Assembly: GCA_028023455.1 (NCBI GenBank)
Contig: JAQFVV010000005.1
Span: 4,526,001 to 4,590,000 of the forward strand
Source: Epiperipatus broadwayi
Lineage: Eukaryota > Animalia > Onychophora
Reading direction: 5' to 3'
Length of the DNA stretch: 64,000 nt
Shown here piece by piece: positions 25,743 through 40,649 of this stretch. Below the pieces are notes generated by a model. The model did no database searches. It saw only the letters and a program-made list of their open reading frames with translations, and had not been told where the DNA came from. The translations under genes were made by a program, and so were the position numbers. Position 1 is the first letter of the stretch; each line of letters starts with the position of its first letter.

Positions 25743-26629
25743 GAGTAGGCACTAGATAGGGATTTTATGCACAATCCTTCTGGCATTCATTGATTGCTCT
25801 TGTTAGCACAAGATGGCACTACTTTATGGAGAGTTTTGCTTTGTTTTGAATTATAAATTGGATACTGATGCCTTAAACTGGCAGTTGCTTTTATGTAATT
25901 ATTATATGTTGATATTATAGTGGATAAAAAATAGAGGTAAATTATGAATAATCAGAAGTGTTAAAGTCAAATATATAATATAAATTCAAACACAGACTGC
26001 AAATATTCAGGGAAGAGTTCAAATTGAATAGTTAAACTCAAAAATATTCAAGAATATTATCCAACCATCTGTGATGATGATATTTTATAACAGCGGCTGA
26101 AGAATAAACTAAGTACAGTTCTTCCAAAAGTATTTTTAATTTGTTTTTCTAGATTCAATTTAAAATTAAATCTTAAGACACCAAACTTCCTAAATAGAAA
26201 GTTTATCTCTGGATAACTTATTAACTCTAATTATCATCACTTATAAATTAACCATTGTCCCTGAACATCCTCTAGTGTATTGCATACTTTATCGGGTTTT
26301 ATAGATATTAATAGCATATGTTGGGAATGAGTTTGAAAAGCAAAACAAACTAAATTAGTAACAAAATAAGCTAACAATTTATTTACAATCAACAAATATA
26401 ATATGAACTTGTTGCTTTTATGTTAAACAACTGATACTAGATAAATATAGTACTGAATATTGAAAATAAAAAAACAAAAATAAGTATTAAAAATTGAAGG
26501 CTTTATGATAACTATATTGATAAGATCTTACTAACTAGCTTTAATTTCAATGTTTTAAACCAGGATTTTTTGAAGATATACTTTTATGATATATACAGAT
26601 CAGTCTTTAATAATTCATTCATGATAGTG

Positions 26630-26830
26630 TCCTCCTTGGGTATTGGTGCCATTTGATAATGTATAGAGTCTCTTTTCTTTATGGCACTGTTTTCTTCTTC
26701 AAAGCAAGCTGTGCCATGTTCTATATGACTTCAATTTTCATCTTAGGATCCAATTGCATAATTCCAGATATTTTTAACCATTGTTGTTTTTGCTTCTCTA
26801 GCCACACACAGTAGATAGTCTTGTACTAGC
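26630..26830 (-). pseudogene. Degenerate THAP-like zinc-finger fragment (probably DNA-transposon derived)
   Basis: Broken frames give KQQWLKISG..DPKM..EHGTACFEEE..KKR..APIP, resembling the THAP pattern W..VC..HF..CF..AVPT. Confidence 0.4.
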
Positions 26831-27891
26831 TAATATTATCATACTTGTCATTGTTACTGAAGTATTGAAGAAAATACTTCCAAGCAGTCAGCATGATATG
26901 GCTACCCAAACTAGTTGTTGAAAAACTATTTTATCCATTACATTCTCTTATTTTCTTGCAATCATTCTGCACTGTTTCTTCAGTCATGATTTAGATTGGA
27001 CTGTCATTATCCTTTTCTGATCAATTTGTTTTTGTTTTTCACTCTTACCACGTACTCAAAAATCTTTTCCAAAAACACCTTTATCAGTTTTATCCAAAAA
27101 CATCTCACTAATTACAAGAATAAATATTTATTTCACAGCATGTTGGAAAACAAATATTGTTACATTTTTTTATGTTATATGATTATTTATATGTGAACAA
27201 ACAAATATTTTTCTCTTTATTTACTGTAGTCATAGGAAGAAAGAAAAATTATAACTAACTTTTAAAAATTGATCTATAACTTTTATAAGCTTTGTATTCC
27301 ATAATTTTCAATAATATGTTTAAGTTTGCCATTTAATTTACTATTAAAAAGGCAAATTATTTCTTTAAATCATCATCTAGTAAGCAAATCTGAAAGAGTC
27401 ACAAAATACCAAACATAGAGAATGCTAAAATGGCTGCCTGTTTAAAAGTTTAAACTCATAGCTGTCTTAACTTGAAGGTAAGTTTAGATAAAAGATAATT
27501 TTTATAAAAGCAAATCTCATTATAATTTGCCTTTAATGACTTCTATGTCTAAAATGTTAAGAAAAAAAGAAGTATAACAGTCTACCAGATATTGACAAGT
27601 TTAACACGAATTCTTGCTTAGCAACATCCCAAAGTAAAACAGTTAAAACTGAAATATCAAAAAATGTAAAATCTAATGCGTATATCAGTAAAACAGCTAA
27701 TAATTCTATTGTTCTTAATGAATTTAAAACAAATAGTCAAACAAATAGTCATGCAAATAACCAAGCAAAAAAAGTGCAAAAAAATAATATGAAAGCTTCT
27801 AATAAGAAAAAAAGAACCCCAGGAAAACACTGATAGTTTTCATTCCTCAAATAACGTTCATACATGGGGTGAACAAATGGAACTAAATGAA

Positions 27892-27973
<82 letters not shown>

Positions 27974-27976
27974 GTA

Positions 27977-28035
<59 letters not shown>
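27892..28035 (+). repeat. (AAT)n microsatellite
   Basis: About 48 units with an AGTAGT interruption. Confidence 0.98.
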
Positions 28036-29049
<1,014 letters not shown>

Positions 29050-30375
29050 TAAATATTAGTCCTCCCAGCAAAATGTGCAAATTTAAATCACTAACATTCC
29101 TTAGTGATAGCAGTGTATCTGTCGCTATTAACACAGCGGAAATTGCATCATCAGAACAAAAGAATCAAAAAGCTATAACAAAAATTAAAAACAATTCTAC
29201 ATCATTTTCCAGTAATCCAACGAAATTTATAGACATTAACTCAATTGCAAATAATATAGAAACCATTAAAACTAAATATACTTCTTTTAGCAAGCTTAAC
29301 GATTACTGGCGAAAGATATTTGCATTAGTCTCTCTCCCTCCACATCAATTATTAGTATAATAGAAAACTATGATCCAGCAGACAATGAACCAATTTTATC
29401 TCATCCTTCTCTACCTGATTATCTAGAGGAACTGCAAAAGTATAACATGATAAAAAATATCAAATCAACAGCAACTTTCCCAGCTAGATCTTTTATATGC
29501 TTAGAATATTTTTCAAAACAACAACGTGAAGATTCAGAAAAATCCATAACACATTTAAATTTTAAAAAAATATACTATGTCACCAAAGACCCTAATCCAA
29601 TAGTCCATGGTCGCATCATGCATGCACCTCCTGACATTACAGATGTTGTGCTACAAAAAAACATATCAGAAATTGCACAGATAATAAACATCTCAAGAGA
29701 ACTCACACCTAACATAAGATTTGAGATTCCAACAAACTGCTGGAAAATTACACTAAAAATGAAAGATAATCATAAACCAGATGAACTTCCACACAGAATT
29801 TATATGAGATCTATTCCTATCACAATTAGTATAAAAGGTCGTCAACCTCTATGTTTTAAATGCTCCAGAATAGGGTATATAGTTTCACAATGCAACATTG
29901 GTAACTGTTTAAGTGGCAAAATTGATAGACTTGGTCACCTTTGCATTAAAGATATGGGCCAGCGTTGTTTCAAAAAATTTCTCTCTCCCAGCAAATACAG
30001 TTGCAATACAACTCTCTAATCTTCCCAATAATGAATCAATGATAACTCTCCCTAACCAAGAATTTAGTACAAATAACTGTTTGCCTGACTTGCATTCACA
30101 GCATAGTTTCCAATCACAGAACTCAATTTCTGTTGATGATCCACAGGAACTATTAATAAATTTGAACAATAGTTTGACACAAAGTTCATCTTTAAGCCAT
30201 AGCCAAGACTCATTGTACAGTAAAAACTATCCTGAGATAACAGTAAAGCAAAATAGTGTAATAGTTAATTCGGATATCCATCTTACAAATGACAATAGTA
30301 AAAAAATTAAGACATCTAACTGTGATACTAAGCACACAAACAAAAAGCTTAAATCAAACTCATTAAACACTGAAC

Positions 30376-33300
30376 ATGTCTAACATTAAAATAGCCACAA
30401 TAAATATACGAGGTCTTAACTCATATAGCAGACTCTCACAACTGACTCTATTCTTAAATAATCATGATGCTGACATTTTTGTCATAACAGAAACAAAAAT
30501 TAGCAGAGTAACCAATCCAACCATAATTAACACTCTGAATAGCAAATACATTTTTACATACATACCAAATATCAGACCAGCTCAAGGTGTTGCAATTCTA
30601 ATAAACAATCAATTTCCAGTAACAAAACTTAAAATAATACTTTTATCAGTTAATTCAATAATTATCTCTTTTTTGTTCCATTCTGTGCTTTACTATATTA
30701 TAGGAATATATTCATGTCAAAAAGCAAGGGATGTTGTAGATACCCTACTGATTGCACATAACAAAATATTACATAAGCCCGGTACAGTTATCGTGTGCAG
30801 TGACTTTAGTTCTCCTATAAACCTAAAAACCTCAATTTATCTCACTGCAGTCTCATTTTCTGACCACATCTGTGTAACACTCATGCAAAAATGCCCACAT
30901 AACAAACAAACTATATATAAATTCTCATATAAGAAACAACTCCCTAGACAATTCAAACTTACCATAGATGATTTCTGTAATATATTAATAGTAAGCAACC
31001 ACCTACATCAGATGAAAAATTTCTCTCCAATTGAAAAATGGTCTCAATTCAAAAAAATACTAAACATGTGCTGTTCAGATCGTCTATCACACTATAACTC
31101 TAATAACCTTATAAAGCAACGTATTGAAGACATAAACTCAACCCTTAAAGCTATAACAAGGTTTGATGAGGCAAAAGATCTTATCCATAAGCTCCAATGT
31201 GAAAACAAACATTTAACTCAGTTATATAACCAGAACAACATGGTTTTTAGGCTGAGAAAAATTTTACCAAATCTATCAGCACTAACGAAAACCACAATAA
31301 ATTATGCAAAATTTCCAATCCCATATGCTTGTGGCATTTCCATTCTATCAAAAGATAATTCACTCCTCTCTGGTACTTATGTTGATGAAGCACTTCTGCA
31401 CTACTTGAATATTTCCCTTAAAAAATCTCATAGCTCTTCACAGTTATTTACAAATGAAACAAACTGTACACAAAATTACTACATATCAAAACAACAAGTT
31501 TTTGATGAAATAGTGTATTTAAAACAACATAGCTCACTAGCAAATGACCTCATTCCAGCTAACATATATAAGCAAATGGAATACATTATATCTCCATTCC
31601 TACAGAAATACTATAATCAACTTTGTTCAAAGGAATATCACATCCCTAACTTATCTACAAATATAGTATTCTGTATAAGAAAAAACTCTAAAAATCCACA
31701 TCCAACAGTAAATGATTTGTGTCTCATTACATTAGAAGACATTGATCAGAAAATGTTTGCTAGAATCATACTCAAACAGTTAAATATCTATGCTTTACCT
31801 AAAATTTCCCCTTCACACTTTGCAGTCAAAGGGCAAAAAGCATCTCAAGCAATATTATTAGCACAAGAAGCAATACTTTATATCAAACAAAACAAACTAA
31901 CAAACTATGTGGCATGCCAGGTAGACTTCAAGTCTGCCTTTGACATTGTAAATTGGAACTTCTTATTCTCTGTACTAAATCAAATGCTTTCAAATCATAC
32001 ACACCTTGTTACAGCTATTAAAAACTATCTTAACAATAGAACCATTAAACTTAAAAATTACATGAGATTCTCCCAACCCTTTAAGCCAAGTAGAGGCATC
32101 CCACAAGGCTCCCCACTTGCATCATTGCTTTTTGCAATATACATAGATCCCATGATTAAGGACATTGAGCAATGCATAGATGGTATTTTTCTTCCTCACC
32201 TAGGCACAACTGTTAAGATCATATCATATGTTGATGATGTTTTGATAATATTCAGGGACCTGCAAAATATACCTATGATACTTCATAAACTGAAGAAATT
32301 TGAAACTATAACAGGATCCACGATACAAATAAACAAATCATTCTTATGGCAAATTGCTACTGATCACAATCTTCCCTCACTCTTCACAGGTTCATTTTCT
32401 TCCTTTCTTGGCATACCTATTAATCTTTCAAAAACACAACTAAGTCATCACTTAAATCTTCTTGTCATAGACAAATTTAATTCAAAAATAAAGTGCTTCA
32501 ACTCAAAATTACTATACCCTATAATGAAAGTTCATATCATCAATGCCATTCTAGGAGGTATTCTTGCCTATTACAGCCCTTGGATGCATCTCCAAAAAAA
32601 AACTATTAAATATTTCATGAGTATAGCAAAAAAATATATATGGGGATCAACATCACATCTTCTATCAATAGAAAATACCTGTTTTCCAATATGCAAGGGT
32701 GGGCTTAACCTAATAGCTCCTCAATCATTCACATCCTACATTAGAGCTAAGATGTACATTGTGACCACTACTAACCCCTTTTTAAGGACAACTCCTCCAC
32801 CTCTACTTCTGCTTGCTATTACTCCATATGCGAATCACCACTTTTTCACTGATCATGCCATTGAGCATGCTGATTTACTGGACAATTATAACATTAATAC
32901 TCTAATTGGTTTGTCATATAAAGATCTAAAAAAAATTAATTACCCCGATAGACAACTTTGGTCAACACTATCTACTGCAAGAACACTAACTAAATTTCAA
33001 AATTTGTATGTGCCTCACTCATGGTTAAAATTCCTGTATAATCTGCTACTTGATATAATACCAACAAAGTCATTTCTCATAAATCGATTTAAACTAAACA
33101 TTGATCCTACTTATATACTATGCAATTTGCTCCCAGAAAATTCATCACATATCTTTGAGACATGTCCATACTTTTTAACCTTATGTTGCTTTGTATTCCA
33201 CAAAGACACAATTAATTTAAAAAATATCCTAATAAATAATATAAAGAAATTAAAACCATTCAATGCCCTTGTAACCGTTCACACTCTGAGAACAATATGG

Positions 33301-33468
33301 CTTGCCCATTGTGCTGTAATATTTGATAACAAAAAATACAATGTACTTAAAAAGAATAACAAAGAATGGTATAACATTTATCTTTATGCTCAGAAATATA
33401 TACCTAGCAATGTCACAAAAAAAATATGGCAAAGCAATGTATTCCTTAGTTGCTCATTAATGTGTTGA
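30376..33468 (+). CDS. LINE ORF2: APE endonuclease + reverse transcriptase (1030 aa)
   Basis: ATINIRGLN, DIFVITETK, SDH (APE; the segment between the DFS and SDH motifs looks shortened); VDFKSAFD, GIPQGSPLASLLF, YVDD (RT); degenerate C-terminal CCHC. Confidence 0.93.
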   Translation: MSNIKIATINIRGLNSYSRLSQLTLFLNNHDADIFVITETKISRVTNPTIINTLNSKYIFTYIPNIRPAQGVAILINNQFPVTKLKIILLSVNSIIISFLFHSVLYYIIGIYSCQKARDVVDTLLIAHNKILHKPGTVIVCSDFSSPINLKTSIYLTAVSFSDHICVTLMQKCPHNKQTIYKFSYKKQLPRQFKLTIDDFCNILIVSNHLHQMKNFSPIEKWSQFKKILNMCCSDRLSHYNSNNLIKQRIEDINSTLKAITRFDEAKDLIHKLQCENKHLTQLYNQNNMVFRLRKILPNLSALTKTTINYAKFPIPYACGISILSKDNSLLSGTYVDEALLHYLNISLKKSHSSSQLFTNETNCTQNYYISKQQVFDEIVYLKQHSSLANDLIPANIYKQMEYIISPFLQKYYNQLCSKEYHIPNLSTNIVFCIRKNSKNPHPTVNDLCLITLEDIDQKMFARIILKQLNIYALPKISPSHFAVKGQKASQAILLAQEAILYIKQNKLTNYVACQVDFKSAFDIVNWNFLFSVLNQMLSNHTHLVTAIKNYLNNRTIKLKNYMRFSQPFKPSRGIPQGSPLASLLFAIYIDPMIKDIEQCIDGIFLPHLGTTVKIISYVDDVLIIFRDLQNIPMILHKLKKFETITGSTIQINKSFLWQIATDHNLPSLFTGSFSSFLGIPINLSKTQLSHHLNLLVIDKFNSKIKCFNSKLLYPIMKVHIINAILGGILAYYSPWMHLQKKTIKYFMSIAKKYIWGSTSHLLSIENTCFPICKGGLNLIAPQSFTSYIRAKMYIVTTTNPFLRTTPPPLLLLAITPYANHHFFTDHAIEHADLLDNYNINTLIGLSYKDLKKINYPDRQLWSTLSTARTLTKFQNLYVPHSWLKFLYNLLLDIIPTKSFLINRFKLNIDPTYILCNLLPENSSHIFETCPYFLTLCCFVFHKDTINLKNILINNIKKLKPFNALVTVHTLRTIWLAHCAVIFDNKKYNVLKKNNKEWYNIYLYAQKYIPSNVTKKIWQSNVFLSCSLMC

Positions 33469-34639
33469 TAATACGATGACAGTAATCATCTTGTTTCAAA
33501 TCATTATATTCTAAAAACATCCTAAGATATTAAAAATTATAAAAAAAAAATGTAAAAAGCTCTTAATGTAAATTATTCTTGTAAATATTTTGTTACTAAT
33601 AAAGTTAAAAAAAAAAAAATACCAAACATTTTTATAAACTATGCAATTCAAATAAATTTGTGGGCACTAAAATTAATTTTTTTTGTTCTTTTACATGATG
33701 TATATTATCATTTTACTGTTTTCAATTTTATAAAATATATTTTTTATTAAATATTTAATGATATGATTAAAATATATCAGCTAATTTTTTTATTTAGTTT
33801 TTTAAACCAGTGTATTTAAGTTATGTATATGTTATATGTAATATGTGCATATACCCACATGGCAATTTATACATTTATTAAACGATCTACAAGAGTTTTT
33901 ATTAGACATTTCTTTGTTTTTTTCTACGCAGTTTTGTAATGTAACTAATATCATGTAATATCACCTCACTTCTGCTTATTTTCACTGCTGTACAATCACA
34001 TATTGAACTAAATATTAGAACATAAATAAATTGAGCCTAAACAGCATGCAATATGTGTGTGTAAATTGACTCATACCAAACATATTTAGGAACTCTGAAA
34101 AATCATAAATTTCACTAGGGGATGTGCAGGGATAGCAGTAATAATTTTAAAATGTTGATAATCAGGCAATATTAAGATTTTCAAAAGTAAGATTTCTATT
34201 TAAGAAGTTTGACACCTTAAGATTTATTTTAAATTGAATGTACAAAAACAAATTAAAAATACTTTTAGAATAACTGTACTAAGGTTAACATTCATTGCTA
34301 GGTTATAAGGTGTCATACAGATGATTGGTTAATATTATTAAATATATTTGAGTTTAACCGACTCTGATATTGAATATTTACATTCCATATTTAACTATTT
34401 TATTTGAACTTTATACTGAATGTTTACATTTTACATTAAAATTTTTATTAATACTCACTATTAACTCTAATTATTTATTATTGCTCTTCTTCTATCCATT
34501 ACATTTGGCTGTAGTTTTTATATATGTTGGTGTATGAAATATCTTGAGTTAATATCAGCATTTTCTTTTATTGTATATTTATATGGACTGAAAACTGATT
34601 CCAACCAATAATGATCCTTTCTCTAAAAAAATGTCGGGT

Positions 34640-35043
34640 CAACATATATATGTCTTGACACTTTTTCCAAATATTACATCTGCATTTTTATTTATAGACA
34701 GTGATTTAATACTCACCTGTCCAACATAAAACCATTTAAATACTTTAGCCTCCAGCAAAGAATAACTAAATATCTATCAACAAATCAACAATAGATTGGT
34801 ATATGTATAAATGTTGAAAATGATTTGAGAAAAGTAATTTATAATCTAAGACAATACCTAAATCTTTGTATTAATTTACTCTCAAAATATAATTTTCTTT
34901 TAATACATAATTAAATAATATAGTTGTTTTTCTTGTAAAAGTACTCATTTTTGCTTTATCCTCATTTATGTTTATATAATTATTTTTGCACCATAATTCA
35001 AATCTATTGACACAATTTTGTAAATAATTGCAAACATATATAT
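34640..35043 (-). mobile_element. CR1/jockey-type RT remnant, downstream half
   Basis: CNYLQNCVNRFELWCKNNYININEDKAKMSTFTRK..IKDLGIVLD. Confidence 0.75.
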
Positions 35044-37157
35044 TGAACCGGATGGATTTCCGATTCAATGTTTTTATTACTACTGTTAAAATTTTTATTA
35101 TTATTTAAAACACACACACATTTATATTTAAAATAGATCATTTAATGTTTATAGAATTGATTTTAAAATAGTTTACTTTCACTGCTTGTTTTTAATCCAT
35201 TTAATTAAAAAAATAAACAAACGTGTGATTACATTTCTGTTGCTTATTTTTATCATTTTTAAACTTAATTCTAAAAAGCTGAGATTTAATTGTGTTGTCG
35301 TTTTTGTTTCAATAATCCCTGGTTGGAATTCTTAAATTATATTGAGCAGGAAATTAATATTTGCCCTGCCTGAGATATAGAATTAGACACTAAGGTAAGT
35401 TTTTCGTGGGAAATGTAGCGAGGCAAGGATAGCCCACCAATTTAGGATAGAGAGATTCAGTATTCCAGAGAGCCACTTGGATTATCGCCTGCTAAGAGTT
35501 ATTCTGTTTTGGGTAGCTGTTCAGACATTTAATTTCTGCTAAAAACTTGCAATTATTGACAGACTTCGTTACTGTGCAAGATGTCAAAATCTACTGCTAT
35601 GAGTTTTGAGATCATCAGGATGTTTTGCTAGCTTAAACAAAGGATGGACCCACACCTGCCAACTCTCCTTCAGTCATGCCATGAGCCTCTAAAATAAACA
35701 CTGCCTCTACCTTGCCACTGTCAAAGGACCTGAAAATGGACTAAAGACAAATGTGCGCACTCTATGCGAACTGTGCTTTATCGTAAGATGAAATTTTCTT
35801 TTATTCTTTCCAGGGTAAATTTATTTTCATTAAATCTCCACTCAATCTAATTATAAATCTGTCTTCATAAGTAATATTTAACCTCATATGTAATATTTGT
35901 TGTGATTTCTTATATTTTGCTGTGTGTCTTGGAATCTTAGTTTTAAGATTCCAAGTTTGCTTTCAATTTTGTTTATTGGAGAGTGACGAGTGAGTTTTCT
36001 ATTTTTATGCCTAACTTTGACTAAATGCTTTAGCAGTCGGGTATATTTTGAATGCTTACCTGTAATTATTTTAGTAGCCCTGAATTAATTTTAAATACTG
36101 TGTTTGCGCTTTTGCAAACCACCAAATCTTCTGGCTGACGACTTTATTTTCATAGTCTTTGTTTCTTATATTTCTGAAAGTGGAAATTATAATTGTTTTT
36201 GCTTTGTAATTTTATAAGTCACCAGCAGGAAGATAATATTTTTCCCTTTTGTAAATTACAGGTGAGAGAGACTTTCACTGCTAAGGTATTTATAGCTTTC
36301 ATATTTTCATATTCATGTGCACTCTCTGATAGATTTATTTTGTATTTACTTGTATAGCTTAAAATTTATCAGAGCGTGTACTCAGAACTTGTGTCATAAA
36401 TTTATTTTTTTAATTATAATTATTGGTAATTCACTTTCTTTAAATGCTGGGGCAGACGTAACTGATTTTCTAATGATTTGCTTGTCTCCTATTGAGACCT
36501 TTAATTCGTAGATTAGTTTTCGCCAATCGTTTGGTTGGGGATTCGCCAGTCTTAATTGTTTGTTTTCTTCATATTTTTCAGTTGTTCTTGAAATAAATCA
36601 ATCACCTTTATTTTAAACATAATAATAGGTGCAGCTTCTACTGACAGATGACATTCATGGTCTGACACCTTTTTCGGACCTCGGAAAACTCGCTGGCGCT
36701 GGTTTCGTTGATTTGTTTCAAGAATGTATTGTTTAAGTATCTGAAAGTGAAAACCAATGTTTGGGTGAATCTTCTGCTGAATGAAATTGCTTCCTCCCAG
36801 TAGAATTTGTTATTAGAGAGTTGGTAAGTCTGCCAGAGCATTGTGTTTAGTCTTTCTGGTACACACCTGAGATAACCCTATTGATTTTCATGTAAACTTT
36901 TTCTTACAAGTTATTTTGCTTTTAAATAAAAGTTTAAAATTTGTTTAAACTTAATTTGGCTGACGTTTGTCTTTGTGCCTTGATTTCTCAATTGTCTAAA
37001 CAATATTTAAGATATCTTGTTTCTCCCCGAGTTTAGTCCGGCGCATTCAGGTTCGCATATCCTGTCCACACTTAAAATAAATGTCTAGTTCTGATTTTCG
37101 GACTAGTGGCGCCCTCGTGGTCAGTATATGCGAATCAAAGATCTTTTGTCCGTTACA
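35044..37157. mobile_element. 2.1-kb TG..CA insert, probable solo LTR
   Basis: Ends TGAACCGGA..TCCGTTACA (imperfect inverted), flanked by ATAT(AT) on both sides. It splits a CR1-type RT just after FVDDIKIY. No convincing ORF. Confidence 0.7.
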
Positions 37158-37800
37158 ATATATATAAATCTTAATATCATCAACAAAGCATGAACTGAAG
37201 CAATCAGATACAATGTATTTATGTCAAAAATATATATCTTGAACAGAAATGTGCCTGAAACAGTGTGCCCAGGAATATCAGAATCATTAAAATAGTAATT
37301 TAATTCATAATCCAAATCTTTAATAAAATGTGGTCTTTCATCCAAAATAGATGCAAACCTTTCTAAACAAGGTTTATTTAATCCAAGATAATCTAATTTA
37401 TTAATAAGTATAAAGTGAAAAATATTATCAAATGCCTTAGACAAATAAAAAAAAATTGTATCCATTTGACGACAATCAACAACATCGTTAAAATACATTA
37501 TGTTTCTTAAAATATATCTGTTTCACACCAACTCATGTTGAAACTCTGGAATAAATTTCTTCAAGTAAATACAAACAAATTCATCCAATTCAAACAATTT
37601 AGCTGCAACTGATAATACTAAAACTGGCCCATAATATTCAAACACAATTTTATGACCATTGTTATATATAGGAACTATTTTAATAATTTTCCATCTATTA
37701 GGAAAAAAGTATTTTTGATAGAAACATTAAAAATAAAAAGAAATACAAGAGGTAGAATATTTATGCAATCTGTATAAATAAATGGAAGTATTAGATCAAA
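37158..37800 (-). mobile_element. CR1/jockey-type RT remnant, upstream half
   Basis: QMDTIFFYLSKAFD..ILINKLDYLGL..SDIPGHTVSGTFLFKIYIFDI..FVDDIKIY. Confidence 0.8.
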
Positions 37801-37944
37801 ACTAGCTGAAGATTTTGCTTTTTAGCCTACAAAAAGCAAACAACATTTATAACAATGGCGACTAAATTTTGCACAAGGCAAAGAATCATAAATGACAGTA
37901 TAACCAGAGAAATTATATGATTAATGAAAAGTTGAATTTTTTTT

Positions 37945-38037
37945 TTCATTTTTTTTTTCATATGTCATAGCATCGGCGGGAGGCGAACCCACAACCACGG
38001 TCTGTGCAAGGCGGCTGCGATGACCTCTCGGCCAAGA
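37945..38037 (-). mobile_element. tRNA-derived SINE
   Basis: Minus strand reads TTGGCCGAGAGGTC..GGGTTCGCCTCCCGCCGATGCTATGACATATGA(n); close to the 9147 copy. Confidence 0.8.
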
Positions 38038-39099
38038 TGAAATATTACTGCAAAAAAGAACGCCTCTGCAAAGCAATTGGATATTAAGAAGGGGGGTAGG
38101 TAATCATATTATTGTTTACTTTGATTGACGATTCACAATTTGACTTTTTTATTTCTTTTTATATATTTCCAAAACCTTTTGGGATCTTTATGCATATTGC
38201 TTTTTACCATACGTAAATAATTGTGAAAATCTACTCTTTCTCTAATCTTGGAAATAACTCTAAGTTTCAAACAACATTACTATACAATAATGAATTTGTT
38301 GACTTAAACAATTTATGATATTTATTTTTAGCCTTAATTGTTTTTAGAAATTTATGAGAAAACCATGTAGAAAAATTATTCTATTCACTTTCAGAAAAAT
38401 TAATTTAGATTCCATTAAATTAATTATTTCATCAAACTTCACAGCTGCAATATCTGGATACAAGCAATTATATGCTTCATTCCAAAAAGTATTAGCTAAT
38501 TCTAAACACAGACGAAAATAGACTGCCTTTTTAAAATCTGTAACTGCTTATGGAAAAAATGATTTTTTAAAAAATCACCATGAATTTAGAATTCAAGACG
38601 AGGCTACGGTATATCAGACTTTAAAAACACTAACAAACTCTTGGTATAGTGAAAGCATAGAAAATGATGGTCATAGGATGTTTAATGGTTTCATATCACA
38701 TTTTGTAAGTGGAATATTCTCAGAAACTCTAATAGTCTTAAAAGTAGATAATATAAGATCAAGAATTTTATTTAAACAATTGACCAAGTAATTGCTTTGT
38801 ATCAAATTTATACACTTAACTACCTGTATTGAAAGAAGTATTTAAATTCAAAGAACAATTAAAATCACCAACTAACAGAATGCTCATTATAGTAATCAAG
38901 CATAATGATTCAATACTATTTAAGAGTTTATCAAATTAATTAATGGATATTGCAGGTATTATATGCATATTTCCCACTAGAAACAGTTTTATTTTTTAGT
39001 AAAATTTCAATCCATATACACTCATTATTTGACTCTAAATAACTCAACTTTTTAAAACATTTGTCTTTAAAATTAAAATTTCACAACCTCTTAGTATTA

Positions 39100-39422
39100 A
39101 ACCACTAAACATCACATGATCACCATTTATGTGAACACAAGCTGTTTAAACAGAGGCAAAACTCTTCATACAGTGTGACACTCAGTGCAAGACAATTTGT
39201 TACTTTGCTAATAAAGTAAAAGGTGGTTGCTTGAGAGTTGCATTAGATCTTAAGATCTAGGTGTAGTGCCCTCAGATCCAAAGCTCCTCATTGATAAAAA
39301 CCACAAGCTAGAAACTAGTTTGAGGATATTGGATGAACAGGCATTAGATAGAAACTTTATGCATGAACCTTCCTGCATCCATTGATTATCCTGGCTTGCT
39401 ATGGAGAATTTTGCCTCTATTT
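39100..39422. mobile_element. Hammerhead/fold-back family copy 6 (diverged)
   Basis: Tail AACCACTAAACATCACATGATCACCAT, short antisense arm to ~39195, sense arm ~39215-39422 with a mutated core (TTGATAA..GAAACTAGTT). Confidence 0.8.
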
Positions 39423-40649
39423 CAATTTGTTGGTAAATTAAGTGTTAATCTATTGTTATGAATTACCATATATCTATCACCAAATAGAGATTCATTTTGA
39501 TATTTATCATTTAACCATAATTTAGTTAGAAATATTACATTATAATTCTTTTGTTAATAAATTGTCTTTAAATTCAATTATCTTTGTAGGAAGGCCTCTG
39601 ACATGGTTATAAAAACAATAAAAATTATTAGAAGACAATCCATTAAATATTACAATATAGATGAGAGCAATCAATAGCTTTCTTCATTAAAAACATCTGT
39701 TTATATCTTATTCAAATAGTAACAGATTCTTCACACCTTTTAATATTATTATAATTTATTACAGCATTAAAAGTAACAGCTGTGACTGCTATATTGGTAT
39801 TAGCAGCACTATTGACCGTTTCTTTTCAACTCTACTACTTTGACCACCATATTAGTTTCAATGATTATAGATTTCTCAATATTAAATGATTTATGATACC
39901 ATAAAACTGAAAAATTAGTACCTGCTCAGGCCAAAAATCAGTATTATTAACATTAACAGAATAATGATTTGACACTGAAACATTAAAAGATGAATATTTC
40001 ATACCTGTAAATTCAATGTTTGTAGCATAGTAATGAAGTATTCAGCTTTTCTTTTAAATGACTAATTGCTTGATCTTCAAACGTATCTGGGCGTATTCTT
40101 GTAACAAACTTTTAAAATGTTCAATTTTGCCTCTTTTGTAATTCAGTTTCACAGAACATAAACATTTCGATTCAGTTTTCGATAGATAAACTAGTAGTAA
40201 TAAATATGGTGATTGTAGGCAAAATGTTCAAATCGCTCTCTTTTTTATTTGGTACTACTGTTGGGTTCTCGATCTATTTCAGTAACGGTTCATTATTTTT
40301 GTTTTTGTTGCTGATATACAAAATACTTTGGCGAAAATTAATTAATTAAAGTTTAATTATTAAACATTTTTTTTAATTTACCTAAAACTTATAATTGATA
40401 TTAGTTTTATCCATAGAACAGAAAAAGATCCACGAAAAGAAGAGTATTTTCCGAAAAGATTGTAATTGAATTACTTCCATATTTCTTTTTAATTATTTAT
40501 TAGCTATATATTTTTCTTTAACTTAATTATTGTTTACCATAATGAAACAAAACAAATTAATTCTACGTTATATTTTTGATATTAATTTGATGTGTCTTAT
40601 ATTTTAAAAAATGTGAAATTTGAAAAATAGATTGAGCCTCAATACATAT

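Larger units (their letters stand above)
25235..25854. mobile_element. Hammerhead/fold-back family copy 5 (largest; two intact-core ribozymes on opposite strands)
   Basis: Tail AACCACTAAACATCACATGATCAC at the left end; antisense arm ~25290-25498; sense arm ~25560-25854; small central hairpin ATGGGTGCTGAA..TTCAGACCCAT. Confidence 0.9.
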
